Below are positions 35,501 to 47,850 of a stretch of 64,000 bases of DNA, in pieces; position 1 is the first letter of the stretch; each line of letters starts with the position of its first letter. The stretch spans positions 217,608 to 281,607 of the forward strand of contig DF236997.1 in NCBI GenBank assembly GCA_000708835.1. Reading direction: 5' to 3'. This DNA is from Klebsormidium nitens. Lineage: Eukaryota; Plantae; Klebsormidiophyceae. The translations under genes and the position numbers were made by a program. A model generated the notes under the pieces. That model saw only the letters and a program-made list of their open reading frames with translations. It was not told the DNA's origin and made no database searches.

Positions 35501-37162
35501 GAATCCACTTGAACGTAAACCAGATGAGCTTTGGAAACACACGTGTTGTGAATCCTGAGTGTCGTGGCATGCCTTAAGCTGCACACTGCGGATTTAAATG
35601 TGGGCGGCCCTCTCTGAGCATATAGACTTTGCCCAAGCAAGGACGGGAAGAAATTCTGCTTTCATTGATCAGCTCTGCCTCTACGAGTTGCCTGAACAGA
35701 ACAAGCTCGATTGAAACACCACCGTCTCAGAAACTGTAAATTCCTCGCCCCAGGTATTGCTGGATGCTGGAGGATCTTACTCCCGAGCTGCTCAACGAGT
35801 ACTGCCCGACTTACGATAGCCTGCGCGACTACTTGCGCGAGCTGAGCCGCAACGCGTACCTAGAGAAGCGGCGCGCGGTGGAGGAGCTGAAGCCGGGGCT
35901 CATGGACCAGGCGGAGCGTTTCTTCGTGCTGAGCCAGACGGACAACCTGTGGAAGGAGCACCTGCAAGCCATCAAGTTCGTGCAGCAGGTGAGCGCCACG
36001 TGGCAGGGCAGGAGAAGGTAGAAGAGGAAAAGTCACACTAGGAGGAAGGGCCGGGGGGAACGGGCGGCAAAGAAAAGTAGGCAGTGTTGGAAGTGGGTAC
36101 GAAGAGATTGCGGAAGCGGGCCTTAAAGAATAAGCTCAGTAGAGAGGAGATATCGTGGGACTCGAAGGACAGCTCTGGTGAAAGTTGGGTTGATCGGTCT
36201 GAAGTGCCGTCATTGCAGTGCACGACCTCGTTGATCTTTTGAGGAGACAGATTTTTTGAGTGTTTGATTCTTACTGCCAGTCTGCAAATTGCATTTCTGC
36301 TGCTACGTCGAAACTCCCCGCGTCAGGTCGGTTCGTTTCGGCTCGGCGACTGTCCATTTTCATCGTGGCCTTTCTGCGGGTTAGTGACACATGGGCGATT
36401 TCTTACAGGCGGTCGGCTTGCGCGGGTACGGCCAGAAGGACCCGTTGATCGAGTACAAGCTGGAGGGGTATAACCTCTTCCTCGAAATGATGGCGCAAAT
36501 TAGACGGAACGTCATCTACTCGGTCTATCAGGTAAGCGCTTTGAGAAGCTGCCGTCCTTCTGGGGTCTTCGAACGAGTAGTTGATCCTTGATGTGATTGT
36601 GATGGCTGCGATGAGCTTATCTTGACCCGCTTCTCCAAGCGGTTGCTTCACCAATGCCAGCTCAGCCGCGAACAAACGCCAAAAATCGGAGCTGTGCAAA
36701 GCTTGTCTGGTCGATTGATCAAATTTTCAAGGGCTACCGTCAAAGCATTCCTGCATTCGCTGCATTTTCTCTTTGGTTGTTTCCTTTTTTTGAGATGCCT
36801 CGGGACTGCTATGAAGAGCGTCTTGGTAGGTGGCATGCCTTCGCGACTGCTTTTTGAAGGAAAACTTCAACGCAGACGACAATAGGCAGGGACTGATTCT
36901 TCACAACGACCACTTTGTATTGCAGTTCCAGCCGGTCATTCAAAAGAACGAGGACGGCTCTACGGAGCTTGCATCCAAGCCGTCCACAGAGGGGTCGGAA
37001 GAGGAAACAGCCATCGAGCAACCTGTAGCTGCCACAAATGGAGCCGCCGCCAATGGCGTAAGTGAAAAGGTGGCAGTAGTGGCCGCTGCATCCGGGGCTC
37101 GGCAAGGCGCCCCTGTGGGGGGCCGGCAACCAAAGGGGAAGGGCAGGTCAAAAAGGCGGTAG
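26534..37162 (+). CDS. SECA1: Chloroplast (thylakoid) preprotein translocase SecA1 with plastid transit peptide, 16 exons, ~1084 aa
   Basis: Exons 26534-27104, 27632-27822, 28655-28774, 29205-29456, 29893-30042, 30622-30849, 31252-31419, 31913-32088, 32344-32413, 33028-33174, 33576-33740, 34279-34490, 35136-35345, 35754-35988, 36409-36531, 36926-37162 (3255 nt). Motifs [79 protein letters not shown]; Ser/Ala-rich N-terminal extension. Confidence 0.97.
31366..31566 (+). repeat. Tandem duplication of the SecA1 exon-7 3' end plus donor into intron 7
   Basis: 31508-31566 gagcaatcggagctcatcttcgagaagctcacagaggccggcatcaagcactcggtgcgc vs exon/donor gaacagtcggagctcatctcggagaagctcacagaggccggcattaagcactcggtacgt. 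Confidence 0.9.
34115..34305 (+). repeat. Duplicated acceptor plus SecA1 exon-12 start in intron 11
   Basis: ctctcgttgcagctgcggggccg(tt/ca)gcgggcggcagg at 34115 and 34267, 152 bp apart. Confidence 0.9.
34453..34752 (+). repeat. Triplicated SecA1 exon-12 3' end plus donor
   Basis: cgcagaagaagg(t/c)cgagcagta...gagct(c/g)aggtgc at ~34454 (true), 34587 and 34711; unit 124-134 bp. Confidence 0.9.
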
Positions 37163-39086
37163 CTTTTCCAATTTGTCGATTATTGCCGATCATTCGGACT
37201 TTTTGATTGGTTTGAGTTGAGATGAGATATGAGGGTGTCGAATTTAAGGTTGTTTCATGCTCAAGATTTGGAAGGTCGTGTTATATAGCCGACAATTCCG
37301 AAACGCTTCCGATCAGTCGCATTCAATATTGGCATGCGTGCTTCGAGAGATCGGATCAGGCACGGTGTTGATACATCAAAGTTATTTGATGTCCGGTTGA
37401 GGAAGTATGCCTTCGACGAGGCTTTCCCAATCGAGCATGAACTTGATACGATCAACCGCAAGGAAACCATTCCTGAGCCTGAGGGTAGTGGATCGTGGGT
37501 CATGGGGCATTAGGATCAGCTACGACATGTGGACGTGACGGTCGCCCTAACGATTTTGCATCGAACTAAGCCTCATAAATTCCATCAGAATGGTGGTGCT
37601 GGATGATGCCAATTGTCTTGATTCATTCTTGTATACCATTTCCGGGAAGATAATGAGAGGCGTCATTACGTGGTCGAGATCATCTCATGTAGACTTCACC
37701 AATCAGATAGCTAGGTACCCAAAGATCCGCACTCGGCTGCATATATTAGCATTCTGGACGCACCAGTTTGTACTAGTTGCAAGTTGCCATCCGACGCGCC
37801 GCTTTCGATCTTTACTAGCGAAACATGCCAGATTCTTCGTGTGCACGCGTTAACGAATTCTTGGATGAATGTGAGAGCTAGTCGTATCGCAGGCATGGTC
37901 TGCACGGTGCTGGCTACCTCATACGTAGCACGTAGCAATTCTGCGGTTAAACTCTGGGGTTACGTAAGTCAGGATACTGTTGTGGAGTACGTCTACATCG
38001 TCTACATAGGTACGGTAGTCCAGACCTGTTGCTGGTCAGGACTCAGCAGTGATTTTAACACGCCTTCCCTGGCTGTACGGACATTCCGCTCTTGGCGGTG
38101 GACAATGACAGACATGTGCTCGGAGCAAACGTGATTGGTCGACGGGATTTTTCAGCAACGACCTCATATCATTGTTGACCACCTACCCGGTGCTCATCCA
38201 AGTCCAGCCCGGCCACCTACCGGGAGCTTCTCCTTGACACTCGAAATTCGGACATAACCTCGACGCCTCTGAAACCGCAGAAGCACTCGCCCCGGCCGGG
38301 CTGCCCGGAAATGTTTGGGTACAAGTTCTCAGGTTTTCAGATAAGTACGACACGTAAGCATCCGATGTGGCAGTAAATATCATGCCCATCGCAATGATTG
38401 TGAAGGTCCGAGACTACGGCACCTGTGTCTAGCAGAGCGGGGACAAGGAGAATCGGTACCGGACGGAAGCTAAGGCTGCGGCCTGTTGGATTTGGGGTTA
38501 TGTCAAACCCAAAGTTGGACTCTCTGGTTCTGAAGCGTCAGATCTTCTGGGATTGATTATCCGACGGCTGCGGTGCACATCGCCTACATCTCAGAGTTAG
38601 GTTTCCAAACGCATCTCAAGCCGTCGGATTGTGTGTAGCGGACATCTGAACGCCCAATCGTCGACAAGAAGACACAGGAAAGTAAGCTGACGTCACTGTT
38701 GAGAGTTCCAACAGCCCCCAGCCTTAGCTTCCGTCCGGTACCGATTCTCCTTGTCCCCGCTCTAGCAGTTCGTGAATCGTGACTGCCCTGACTCAGGGCC
38801 TGAGCCTCAGACTCAAGAGTCATGGTGGCGCTGTGCTGCACCATGCTAGGTAGCTAGGAATGCTTTCGGTGAGGAGACACCACACCTCAAGTGCAGTGGT
38901 TCGCAGCTCAACATTCTCTGCTCAAATTCTCTGCTCCCTCCCATTCTATTCCAAGCTGCAACTCTGGATACAATCGAATTAGCTGCCAAGCTGCATACCT
39001 ACCAGCGCTCAATAAGTAGCGTCGCACAGTTCTGTTAGGACTTTTACTCACCCTTCACTGATTTTTGAAGGTTGCTTCGCACAGAC

Positions 39087-40588
39087 ATGGGTCTCCTTGA
39101 CAGTTTCAAGAAGTACAGCCACGGGCACTGGGACCATGGCAATGAAAGTCCCGGCCTGAGCTCGGAGCAGAGGCAACAAATGGGGGCTCCTCAACAGGCT
39201 GATGGTAAGGTGCATTTGGTTTGGCTGTCGCTATGTTTGGGAGCTCGCAGTCTTGTGAAAGCACGACGTTCCGTGATTGGGCCATGATTTTAAGTCCAAC
39301 GCTTTCATGTTAGTATGCTATTGCGGGAGGAGCAAGTATTGCAGCTACAGTGCTATCTTTGATGCAATGCGCGGCAGTTGAGCCAGTCTTTCACCCAACA
39401 ATCTTACAGCGTCACTGTTATTTGGCAGGCATCTATGTAGTCAACTTATCTCATGCACGTGGCGTTTGTACCCTGACTCAAAAAGCAGAAATATGCGTTC
39501 ACATTGGAAGCTGGTGCCCAATGCACTTGTCAGAGTCTTCGCTTCTGTCCTTGACTTATGGAGTGTCAGCTAGACATTCAACAGTCCCGCCAATGTGTTT
39601 TCATCTTCGTGCATTCTGCACTTCACTGTTCTGACCTCCCCCCAAGTGACCCTACTTGGCCAGCACCTTTTCACTTTGAAATGTAGCTCAACCAGAGACA
39701 GTTAAGCTGGGGGGACACATTGCCTGATTCCCGTTGAACCCCAAAGGCATCTTGATGAGACAGGGGAGTTTCATGTGTCATTGATCCTTTGCTCTTGAAG
39801 TTGGAAGCTATATTTAGCTTGTTTAAGCTCCTTCTTAAGGTACGACCGTCCCTTCACATCTACAACTCCTCTTTGAAACCCTCAAGAAAACACGTCATCT
39901 CCATTTTGCAGCCCAAAACGACGAGGCGGAGCGCCAGCTGCAGCGGCGCAACAGCCACGAGGGCGCAACGCAGGAGCGGGAGGCGCGCCAGGTGGTCCAG
40001 GCGGCTGCGCTGGACATCCCCAAGCAGAAGACGTTCCAGAAGACCCTCAGCATGCCCGCCTCGTACGGAGGGCCGTTTGGGTCGCCCTCGTCCCCCACAA
40101 GCCCCAATGCATCAGGCAGCCCTTCGTCAGGTCAGTGCTTTGGAGGACCAGGTTTGCCATGATCATGCTGGTTTGAGTCGCGGGGCGGTTCTGGGTCAGC
40201 TTTATGAGGTATACTGGCATTGCTTTTGTTTCCAGAGTGTCTCAGCTATTCTCAGGCTGATTTGACAAACGCTTGAGCTGCTCTCCAGCTGTCTCAGCTG
40301 GAGCTGGGTACCTTTCTTGGAGTGGTTGTGAGGAAGCTGGACGCTTGCCAAATAAGGTGACCGTTTTCTCAGGGGCTTCTCACCAGTTTCAAGTAGCGAG
40401 GGCTCCAGTGAAGCCAACAACAGGAGCGTGTCTGATCCATTTGCTTACTTCTGCCCCGCAGTGTCCCCACGTGTTCGTGACAATGTGTGGCACAGCGTTT
40501 TCCACCCTGGGCGCAACCCATCCATGAAGAAGGAAGGGGCGACCAAGTTCGACAACGCACATAGCAGCGCAAAAGGCATATATGACTG
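39087..40588 (+). CDS. Dormancy/auxin-repressed (DRM1/ARP) family protein; last exon not resolved
   Basis: Exons 39087-39204, 39912-40130, 40462-40588 are phase-consistent. The C-terminal signature RDNVWHSVFHPGRN...KFD...IYDW matches the DRM1/ARP pattern NVWRSVFxPGxN...FD...VYDW. The donor at 40589 has several candidate acceptors. Confidence 0.8.
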
Positions 40589-42498
40589 GTGAGTTTTACT
40601 GTTGCAAAGATCGATTCGTGTTTGCCTTACTTCCTTTGCATTTTTGACTTTGAGATCGAGCCATCTGGTTGGATCAGAGGCAGAGCCTTTCACCCTGGTC
40701 TTTAATTGCGCTACGAAGGAGTCTCGAACCAAGTTAAAGCAAGAGTTTGTGCGAAAGGCTTGTCATTGCCAAGGAACTGATGAGAGTGTTCTCATAGGAA
40801 AGGCTTTTTTCAGAAGTCGCTCTTGTGAGTACTTGGCTCAGGCTAGCATCTGGAAGATTTGAAAGTCGTTCGATCACTGGCACCTCACAAGCATGCCCTT
40901 GTGGTGGTTGTAGGTGGGAAGCATCTCCCTGAATCCCGGCTCAGAACTTTGTGGCAGATGTTTTTCGAGTATAGGAATCAGGTTATAGTGGCGCAGTGTT
41001 TGAAACTAAGAGAGGCTGCATGACATGTTGTATAGGCAAGGTACCCTTGCACTGCTCTTATAATGACAGAACTCTGCACAGAAGTGGCAAGGAAAGGCCC
41101 ACTCTTGAAGTAGGAGTGCAGTCAGTCTGAGGGTTTATGGCTCAGGGTTATAGCAAGAATCGCGTCAAACTTCTTCAATGGGTAGCATCTTTAGAAGGCT
41201 GGCTTTAGCTAACAACACTCTGACTTGTCACTGAACCTAGAAACAAACTTGTACAACGGAATAGAGCTCTGTGTCTGATGTCCAAAGGCAGTGTAGAAGT
41301 CAAACACCTCTGGTCCTGCTACATTGCAGGATGTACATGGAGGATGGTTCAACAAGGTCCAAGCACCAGTAGAGCTTGGCTACTTGTCTAACCTAAGCTT
41401 GTACAGCGCTTCTTTCTGTACAAAGGTCGAAGCAAGAAGCTTCTTGTAATCTATGAAGGACCTCAGCACTAACCTAGGGGGTTTCCTGTGTTTGTCCTAA
41501 CTGTAATCTGTGACAACTTTGAAAAGCTTGTTTTAGCTTCGAGGGATGCCAGTGAGTTTTGAAGACTCAATGGTTTCAAGTTTGGTATCCTAGTTGACTG
41601 TCAGGAACCCTTTAGACAAAGTGAGTAGTGAGATCGTTGCGGAAGAAGCTTATACATAACATGGTGTGTGTCTGCACTTTTGTAGCAAGGGACCTTCTAG
41701 TCAATTTGTGTAGGAGGTTAGCTGGGCGTAGCTAGCTTTGCGGAAAGTCCTGGGCAGCTAGACGTACCGTCGGGTTAGACCCCAGAAACCCGATCAAGGT
41801 CTTGGTTTCCAATCGGCCCAGTCAGCCTGCTTGCAGCTCAACAGGTAGCTGTGAAGCAATAATGACCGAGTGCAAACTCGGGAGAGTCCACAACGCTGCC
41901 TCATTTCATTCATGGTCGAAATCCTCAGCAGAATCTTGCATGCATGGCCATGCATGGCCGAATATGCAGTAGACTTCCAACTCTCGATGTGCGCGCTGAT
42001 CGAAGTACCCTCCACATGCCGCCAATGCTTCAACTTACACAAGTACAAAGCAAGCTTGCGTTACTATTCAGATTCGATATGCATGGCTTTTGAAATAAAT
42101 GCAGAATATGGTTGAAACTGAGAAGTGGTTTTGCATGGCCGGTAATAGCTGAGCTCTCCATTGAATGCCATGCCATGATACAGCCCGGGGGGTTGGCTCA
42201 TGCATAACACGTAGTTGCTGCATACATTACTAATACGTGGCTACGCATTCTGCACTTGACAGCTTCAAAATTGCACATGGCGATCACGATCGACGCGGCC
42301 GCCCAAACGCGCGATGTGTTCAAGTTGATCGGATTGTGATGTTCTCTTTTCAAACGTCGTAGCCACATGGGCCATAGGCTTCAGGACTAGTTTGGTAGTG
42401 TTGATTCGGTGTACTACGGACCTCTGCCAGGTAGGTAGGCATAGGCTATAGTAAGCAGCAAAGGAAAACACACACTCTCATACATGTATGCCTTGAGA

Positions 42499-42590
42499 AG
42501 CCTGTGGCCTATTTAGCTATAGCGAGAACGAAAAGAGACCATCAATGATGGTCTCTTTTCGTAACGCCATAGCCAGTGCGGCCATAAGCT
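42499..42590. repeat. 92-bp palindrome/foldback with a perfect 17-bp central stem
   Basis: acgaaaagagaccatca-a-tgatggtctcttttcgt (42528-42562), extended by imperfect arms (agcctgtggcc.. / ..ggccataagct). Confidence 0.9.
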
Positions 42591-43687
42591 ACTGATATTA
42601 AGCACAATCAACGTCGGTCTTAGACGCCAACAGCCTAGTTATCGAAATATAAGACACGTCGGTATAAAATGTGTGCCCCAATGAACGGGCCAGTGGTAGT
42701 TGTCACACTCTCCTTGCTGCTTTGTAGAGATTCAATGCTCACATACGATTTTGCGGTAAATTTCGTATGCATATGCCATTGCTATAACCATGCAGATAAA
42801 CATACGTGAGCAAAAGTCACGAGCCGTCAGAAACCTAAGGATTGACTTTGAACACGATCCCGGCCTTCTTAAAGAGGGCGTCGGGGGACCGGTCCCACCT
42901 CCGGCGACCAGATAGCGCGCTACACACTTGGTCGCTGAGGGCGATTTCCAGAATTGAATCTGGGCCGTCAGATGACAATTTCCCTCAGGATTCAGATGCA
43001 CAAGTGTACCTTGAAATCTGACGCCCTCTTTAAGACCCGGGCCAACTGTGGATTTCTGCACGATTAAACAATTGGCGCTGGACATCTGACAGCGAGCGTG
43101 CGGTTAGTAAGCAATAGCAATGACGATTACAGGCGCAACTGTACAATTTCGCAATGAGCCATCCTCCGCTTGCTCCCAAGAAGCTCCTGTAACATGCATA
43201 CAGAGGATTGTCAGAACCACACCCGCGACCCAATTCTGTGAGCGACTACGGCAAACGTCCAGCTTACATTCGAGTCGCAGAGATCTTTCCATCACTTGCT
43301 TCAAGGACTTCACGCGTTGCGCAACAATTCTGCCTGCATCCGCCATATCAAATCACGCTGCTCAGCTTCAAGCAGACACAAAGTCGCCAAACAGTTGACC
43401 GTTGACAGAGTAAACAGAATTCTGGTGGCCCTCGACTTTACCTTTACCTTGAGGCGTCGTCGTCGAAAAGCGTCGAAGCTACTCTCTCAAGTTCCGTAGT
43501 ATCCGAATGTTCCACATCCGGCATTCTCAATTCCGTCTACATTCCTTCGGGCCTTGTCACCGCCAGCCACAAACCTTAGGCGTTGCTTCTTACAAGTTGG
43601 ACAGAATACTTACTGGGCCTGCTCGCTTATGACTACATAATGGGAGTCCAGGAGACAGAACCCTCGAGGATGTGACGTCACGCTCAC

Positions 43688-46600
43688 CCGAAAGAAGGTC
43701 GAGTGGCCGATGACCACAAGCGTCCTCTCCGGCCGCTGCAGGAGATACGCCCGGAACCGCTGCACCCTCTCTCGAAGATGAACTGCCCAATATGAAGGGC
43801 AAAACAAATTCAGATGAACTTCTTGGACTTTCTCCATGAAGCACGTGCGGGATCAACAACGTTCTAGCGGTTTGTCCTTTCCAGCCCGGCAACCTGCCTT
43901 GTCTAGATGCAGTCATTCCTTTCCAAGAAAGCTGTTGAGATGCCTACTCTCCATTGAACGATTTTGCCGGAACATGTTCCTGAGCCGCTTATCGTAGTTA
44001 CAAATTCGTCATCTATGCGATGATGCCAAATGTGACGGTGCATGGTGGTATTGCAAAAAATGACGGTGCAGATGCCCTTCCAGCCCTACAGTACCATTGA
44101 CTTCCCAGAGAAGCGTCTTTCAGAGCAGCACGCCTCCAAACGAGAAAGACCGCGTCCCTCACCCATGCTTTCCCTGCTTAGGAAGGTCCCCGAGAGCGCG
44201 TGGTTGGGCGCGCCAGCAGGAGAGTACCACCAGACGGACTGCACCCGAGAGAGGTCGAACGCCAGAAACTCCGCAGCGAGGACCTGGGCCGGGAGAAGGG
44301 CCAGTCAGCAACTATAACGGGTCGACAATGGAGAGGAAGCTGGGGCTCGATGTACAAAGTAACTGCTGGAACGTCCCTTTTCGAAGTGTAGATTTGCTCA
44401 ACTGTCTCTACCCGTCGAAGAAAGAGAAAGTGACAAGTAGCTTCAATGCTGCTCCAGTCAAGGCGGTCACAAGAGGTGACCTCAGCCCTGCGTCTTAAGA
44501 GCTGCCATACCTGATAAGAAGCCCGAAGATTTATGTAGGAACTTTTAGGCGACAATCTTCAGAATTGCTGCTGTCATCAAACCTTCCAACGCAGTAAAAG
44601 GGCTTTGGGTAGTGATCAGATAACGTCGTCGAAAGTAGGCGATGCCTGTGATCCGCAACAGAAACGGCGCAAAGTCTAGACGACAATCGGATCCAAACGT
44701 TGCTTTGGTTTGGGTGAAACAAGTCATAAGCAGTCTCCGTCAGTGAGCTGCATCAACCTTCTTCGCATTAGTCGCGTCATTCTCGTTGCTCAGGAACGAA
44801 TGGTTCAGCAGAGTGCGACGTGCGGCTCCATCAGAGAACAACGGCGGCACTCACGCTGGGTGGCCTTCCGACATCTCCACAGCAGGCCACGTGTTCGGCG
44901 TGCCTCGACGTCACCTCGACCGGCACCTGCTATGTTTGGCGAGTAGGATTCAGTCTACGTGGTACCAGAAACGCGACGCAGGAAGAAACATTGAAACCAA
45001 GGGGTTCGACCGCATTTTGGCCTCAAAAGAACGACATTCAAAGCGACTTGTCAATTACAAACAGAGGTAGATGGACAACTGCAAGCATCAGCACTGACGC
45101 ATTTGTGACACGTCAATCCTTATTCCTGCTCGTTCGCACGAGCCTTCAAACTTTCCTCCCTTTGTTATACATTCAAGACCTCGAGTTGTCTTAATTTACT
45201 CACCTGCAAGCTGCCAAGCGCTTCTTGACACGTTTGCAGTGCCCTTGTCAGAGGTGACACTAGAATCTGCACCAAAATGTACACGTAAGCAGCGACTTCC
45301 TTATTCCGAGAAAAAGAGCCGATGATACAGAAGGACAACTTTTCGAACCCCCCAGTCTTTGTGAATCAGGGGGCAAAAGCTTGTCACCCGCAGTCACAGA
45401 GACGGTCTAATGCGACACCATGAGGCGTCTCGACCAGCCTTTTCGAGTCCTTAAAATAACTGATTCAGATTGTCAAGTTTGCGATTCCAGGACGACGTAG
45501 GCCAGTACCTCACCCAACAACAAGCGCAAAGAATATGATCGGCAACACTCAGCCTTCGATCACTCGCAAAAGACCACAGCAAATAGACAGGATCCACATT
45601 CTCAAAGAATTCCACAAGACCACAGTAAACCAACAGGGCTTAAACTCGATTTCAAGGATGTCGTCAAATTGTCGACTAGGTGATGATCGAGCAGACCATG
45701 TCAATAAGAATTCTTATACTCACAACTTCAGCTTTCAACCCTGGCAGCTTCTTCTGCAAGGCCGCCGCTTGCTTGAATCCAAGAGTCGAGAGGGGCACAT
45801 CAAAGATGCGCCCTGAACTGTCTGTTCGCGCCGCAACCCCGCTGGCCGTCGCTTCAGAACCAATCTCGTCTTGAATATTGAAGGGCCGGAAAGCAGCCCC
45901 TGAGTTCGTCATCGTGTTGCCATGCCGGATAAGGTAGACGACCTGTCAAGGCAGCGGAATTGCGAGCGTTGGCTCAACTAGCATATGGCGCACAATCTCA
46001 ACAACCTCAGATGTCAGCGTTGCGTTTCAACTGATTAAGTAGGAGGACGCAGTAACATGTTGAAGGATGGCCGTCAGTCAACAAACAAAGAAGGACCAAG
46101 CTCAAAACGATGGCTTCTGGCCAAGGTCCTTTATGCTTTCAAGCTCCATAGAGGTTTGTTTAGAGCACCTTGTCAAAGTCAAAAAAAATCAGAAGAGAGG
46201 TGCTGTACAGCCATGTTCTTGATGTATTAGCAAGTAACAATCTTGGCTTCTAAGCTTGAACCTTGAAAGAGTTGGATTGGAGCTCTTACCTTGTTTGGCT
46301 TCTTAAAGATGGGGGCAATAACCTTTGTTGTGCCTTTCTCAACCGCTTTTGGATTCTCTTCTAGCATCTCTGTGCTGTCTACGCCAACGAGAATGTCCTG
46401 GTTCTCAGAAACGCTACCTAGACCTGACTCTGTCGGCAGGTTTAGGGAAACCATGGACGAAGGGCTTTGTTGCAAGTGACCAGTGCCCTCCCTGGCTTCC
46501 GCCAAACCAGTTGTCTCTGGCCGTTGGAGATTGCTTTCTGACACCCCATTTTGATGTTGGGGGCCTGCTTTTGAGCTGAAGATTGCACTGTCATAGAGGT

Positions 46601-47156
46601 TGCAATCAGATGCTTCCTTCCGCTCTACAATCAGACCAGACTGCCCCTCCCCTGTATTTCCTGATCTAGATTCCAGTGTTGTTTTTGCGCCCATGCCTGG
46701 TTCTTCTCCAGTGGAACTTGCGGCTCCATTTTCTATCCGCTGAAGATGAGAGCACTCAACAACTCCCCCTCCCGACGCCTCCCCCAGCTCCCCATCTGGA
46801 CTTTGTACCTGCCCTCCTTTGAGCAAACTTATTACCACCTTCTGCTTCTTTGAACTTGGCTTCCCATTCAACAGGTCTGCAGCATTGTGTTTTGTGTTCA
46901 CCTCTGTCGCCCCTCTTTTCTTGATTCTATCCTCTCCACAAGTGCCCTGATTGCTTTCTCCCCGTGCTGTTGCCACTACGGTGGCGTCTTTCTCTGGTGT
47001 TGTCAGGCAAGTGTTCAAGTGCTCATGTACTAAAGCAACAGCCACGTTTCTGCCGCACACAGGACAGGGAGCAAAGCGGCTGCCGCCGCTGTTTGCTACT
47101 TTACCACCATTTGCCGCTTGCTTAGACTTTTTGCTGCTGCCCATCTTCGCATGCAT
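43688..47156 (-). CDS. UBZ4/Rad18-type zinc finger + disordered linker + histidine phosphatase (phosphoglycerate-mutase-like) domain; 3' exon unresolved
   Basis: Exons 47156-46290, 45942-45724, 45266-45204, 44926-44855, 44283-44163, 43782-43688, all phase-consistent. Motifs CPVCGRNVAVALVHEHLNTCL; KVVYLIRHGNT; VSPLTRALQT; GDVGRPPSVLAAEF...WWY; ERVQRFRAYLLQRPERTLVVIGHS. The start could be ATG 47156 or 47144. Confidence 0.82.
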
Positions 47157-47385
47157 GATCCTTTCAATTTGCAATGACGCCTTGCTCTCCCAGCTACTAC
47201 CTACCGCACTTCACGAGTTCTCTCTCCATCCCAAGCTGCCCCTTGATGGGGACACTTTTATGACAAGGATACGCCGGGTACATGCTGACCTCTCAAGTTG
47301 AGTCCACCGGTCATATGGACAAATAAAAGCTGTAAGAATGGTGTCTATCGATTTGATGTGGGCTCTCAAAGGCTGAACCGGAGAA

Positions 47386-47405
47386 NNNNNNNNNNNNNNN
47401 NNNNN
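47386..47405. other. Assembly gap (20 N)
   Basis: 20 N directly abutting the left arm of the long inverted repeat. Confidence 0.99.
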
Positions 47406-47850
47406 CTTTCACTCTATGAAATATTGTCGCACCGTAGACTGCCGACCTGCTGCCCGCACTTAGCGAAATTCCATCGGGAGCTCGCAAATTCCAGTCTGCA
47501 TTTCAGACCTGTAAGGAGTACCCCAGTCCCCGGGCAAACCAGGCAGACCATAGCATGACTGTTTTTGGCGACATGAGTCTGCCCGGTTGACTGCGCAGGC
47601 ACGGCAGTCAACCGGGCACTCGTATACTACGGTTTAGCCTTGGTAGGTCCCCGGCGGACACTTGAACTGCCGGGCGTGATCATGTCGCTAAAAACAGTCA
47701 TGCTATGGTCTGCCTGGCTTGCCCGGGGACTGGGGTACTCCTTACAGGTCTGAAATGCAGACTGGAATTTGCGAGCTCCCGATGGAATTTCGCTAAGTGC
47801 GGGCAGCAGGTCGGCAGTCTACGGTGCGACAATATTTCATAGAGTGAAAG
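47406..47850. repeat. Long inverted repeat: 171-bp arms (2 mismatches), 103-bp spacer containing an inner 15-bp hairpin
   Basis: 47406-47576 is the reverse complement of 47680-47850. Inner stem tgcccggttgactgc / gcagtcaaccgggca at 47580-47618. Confidence 0.9.

Noticed and set aside
37530-38370. About eight ACGT cores upstream of DRM1/ARP (ABRE/G-box-like)
   Set aside because: Only 2-3 times the random expectation and 0.7-1.5 kb from the ATG; not separable from chance.
41150-41640. Protein-looking minus-strand frame interrupted by TAG/TAA stops (possible C-to-T-decayed pseudogene)
   Set aside because: About seven stops in ~170 codons is what random DNA gives, and I could not assign a family.
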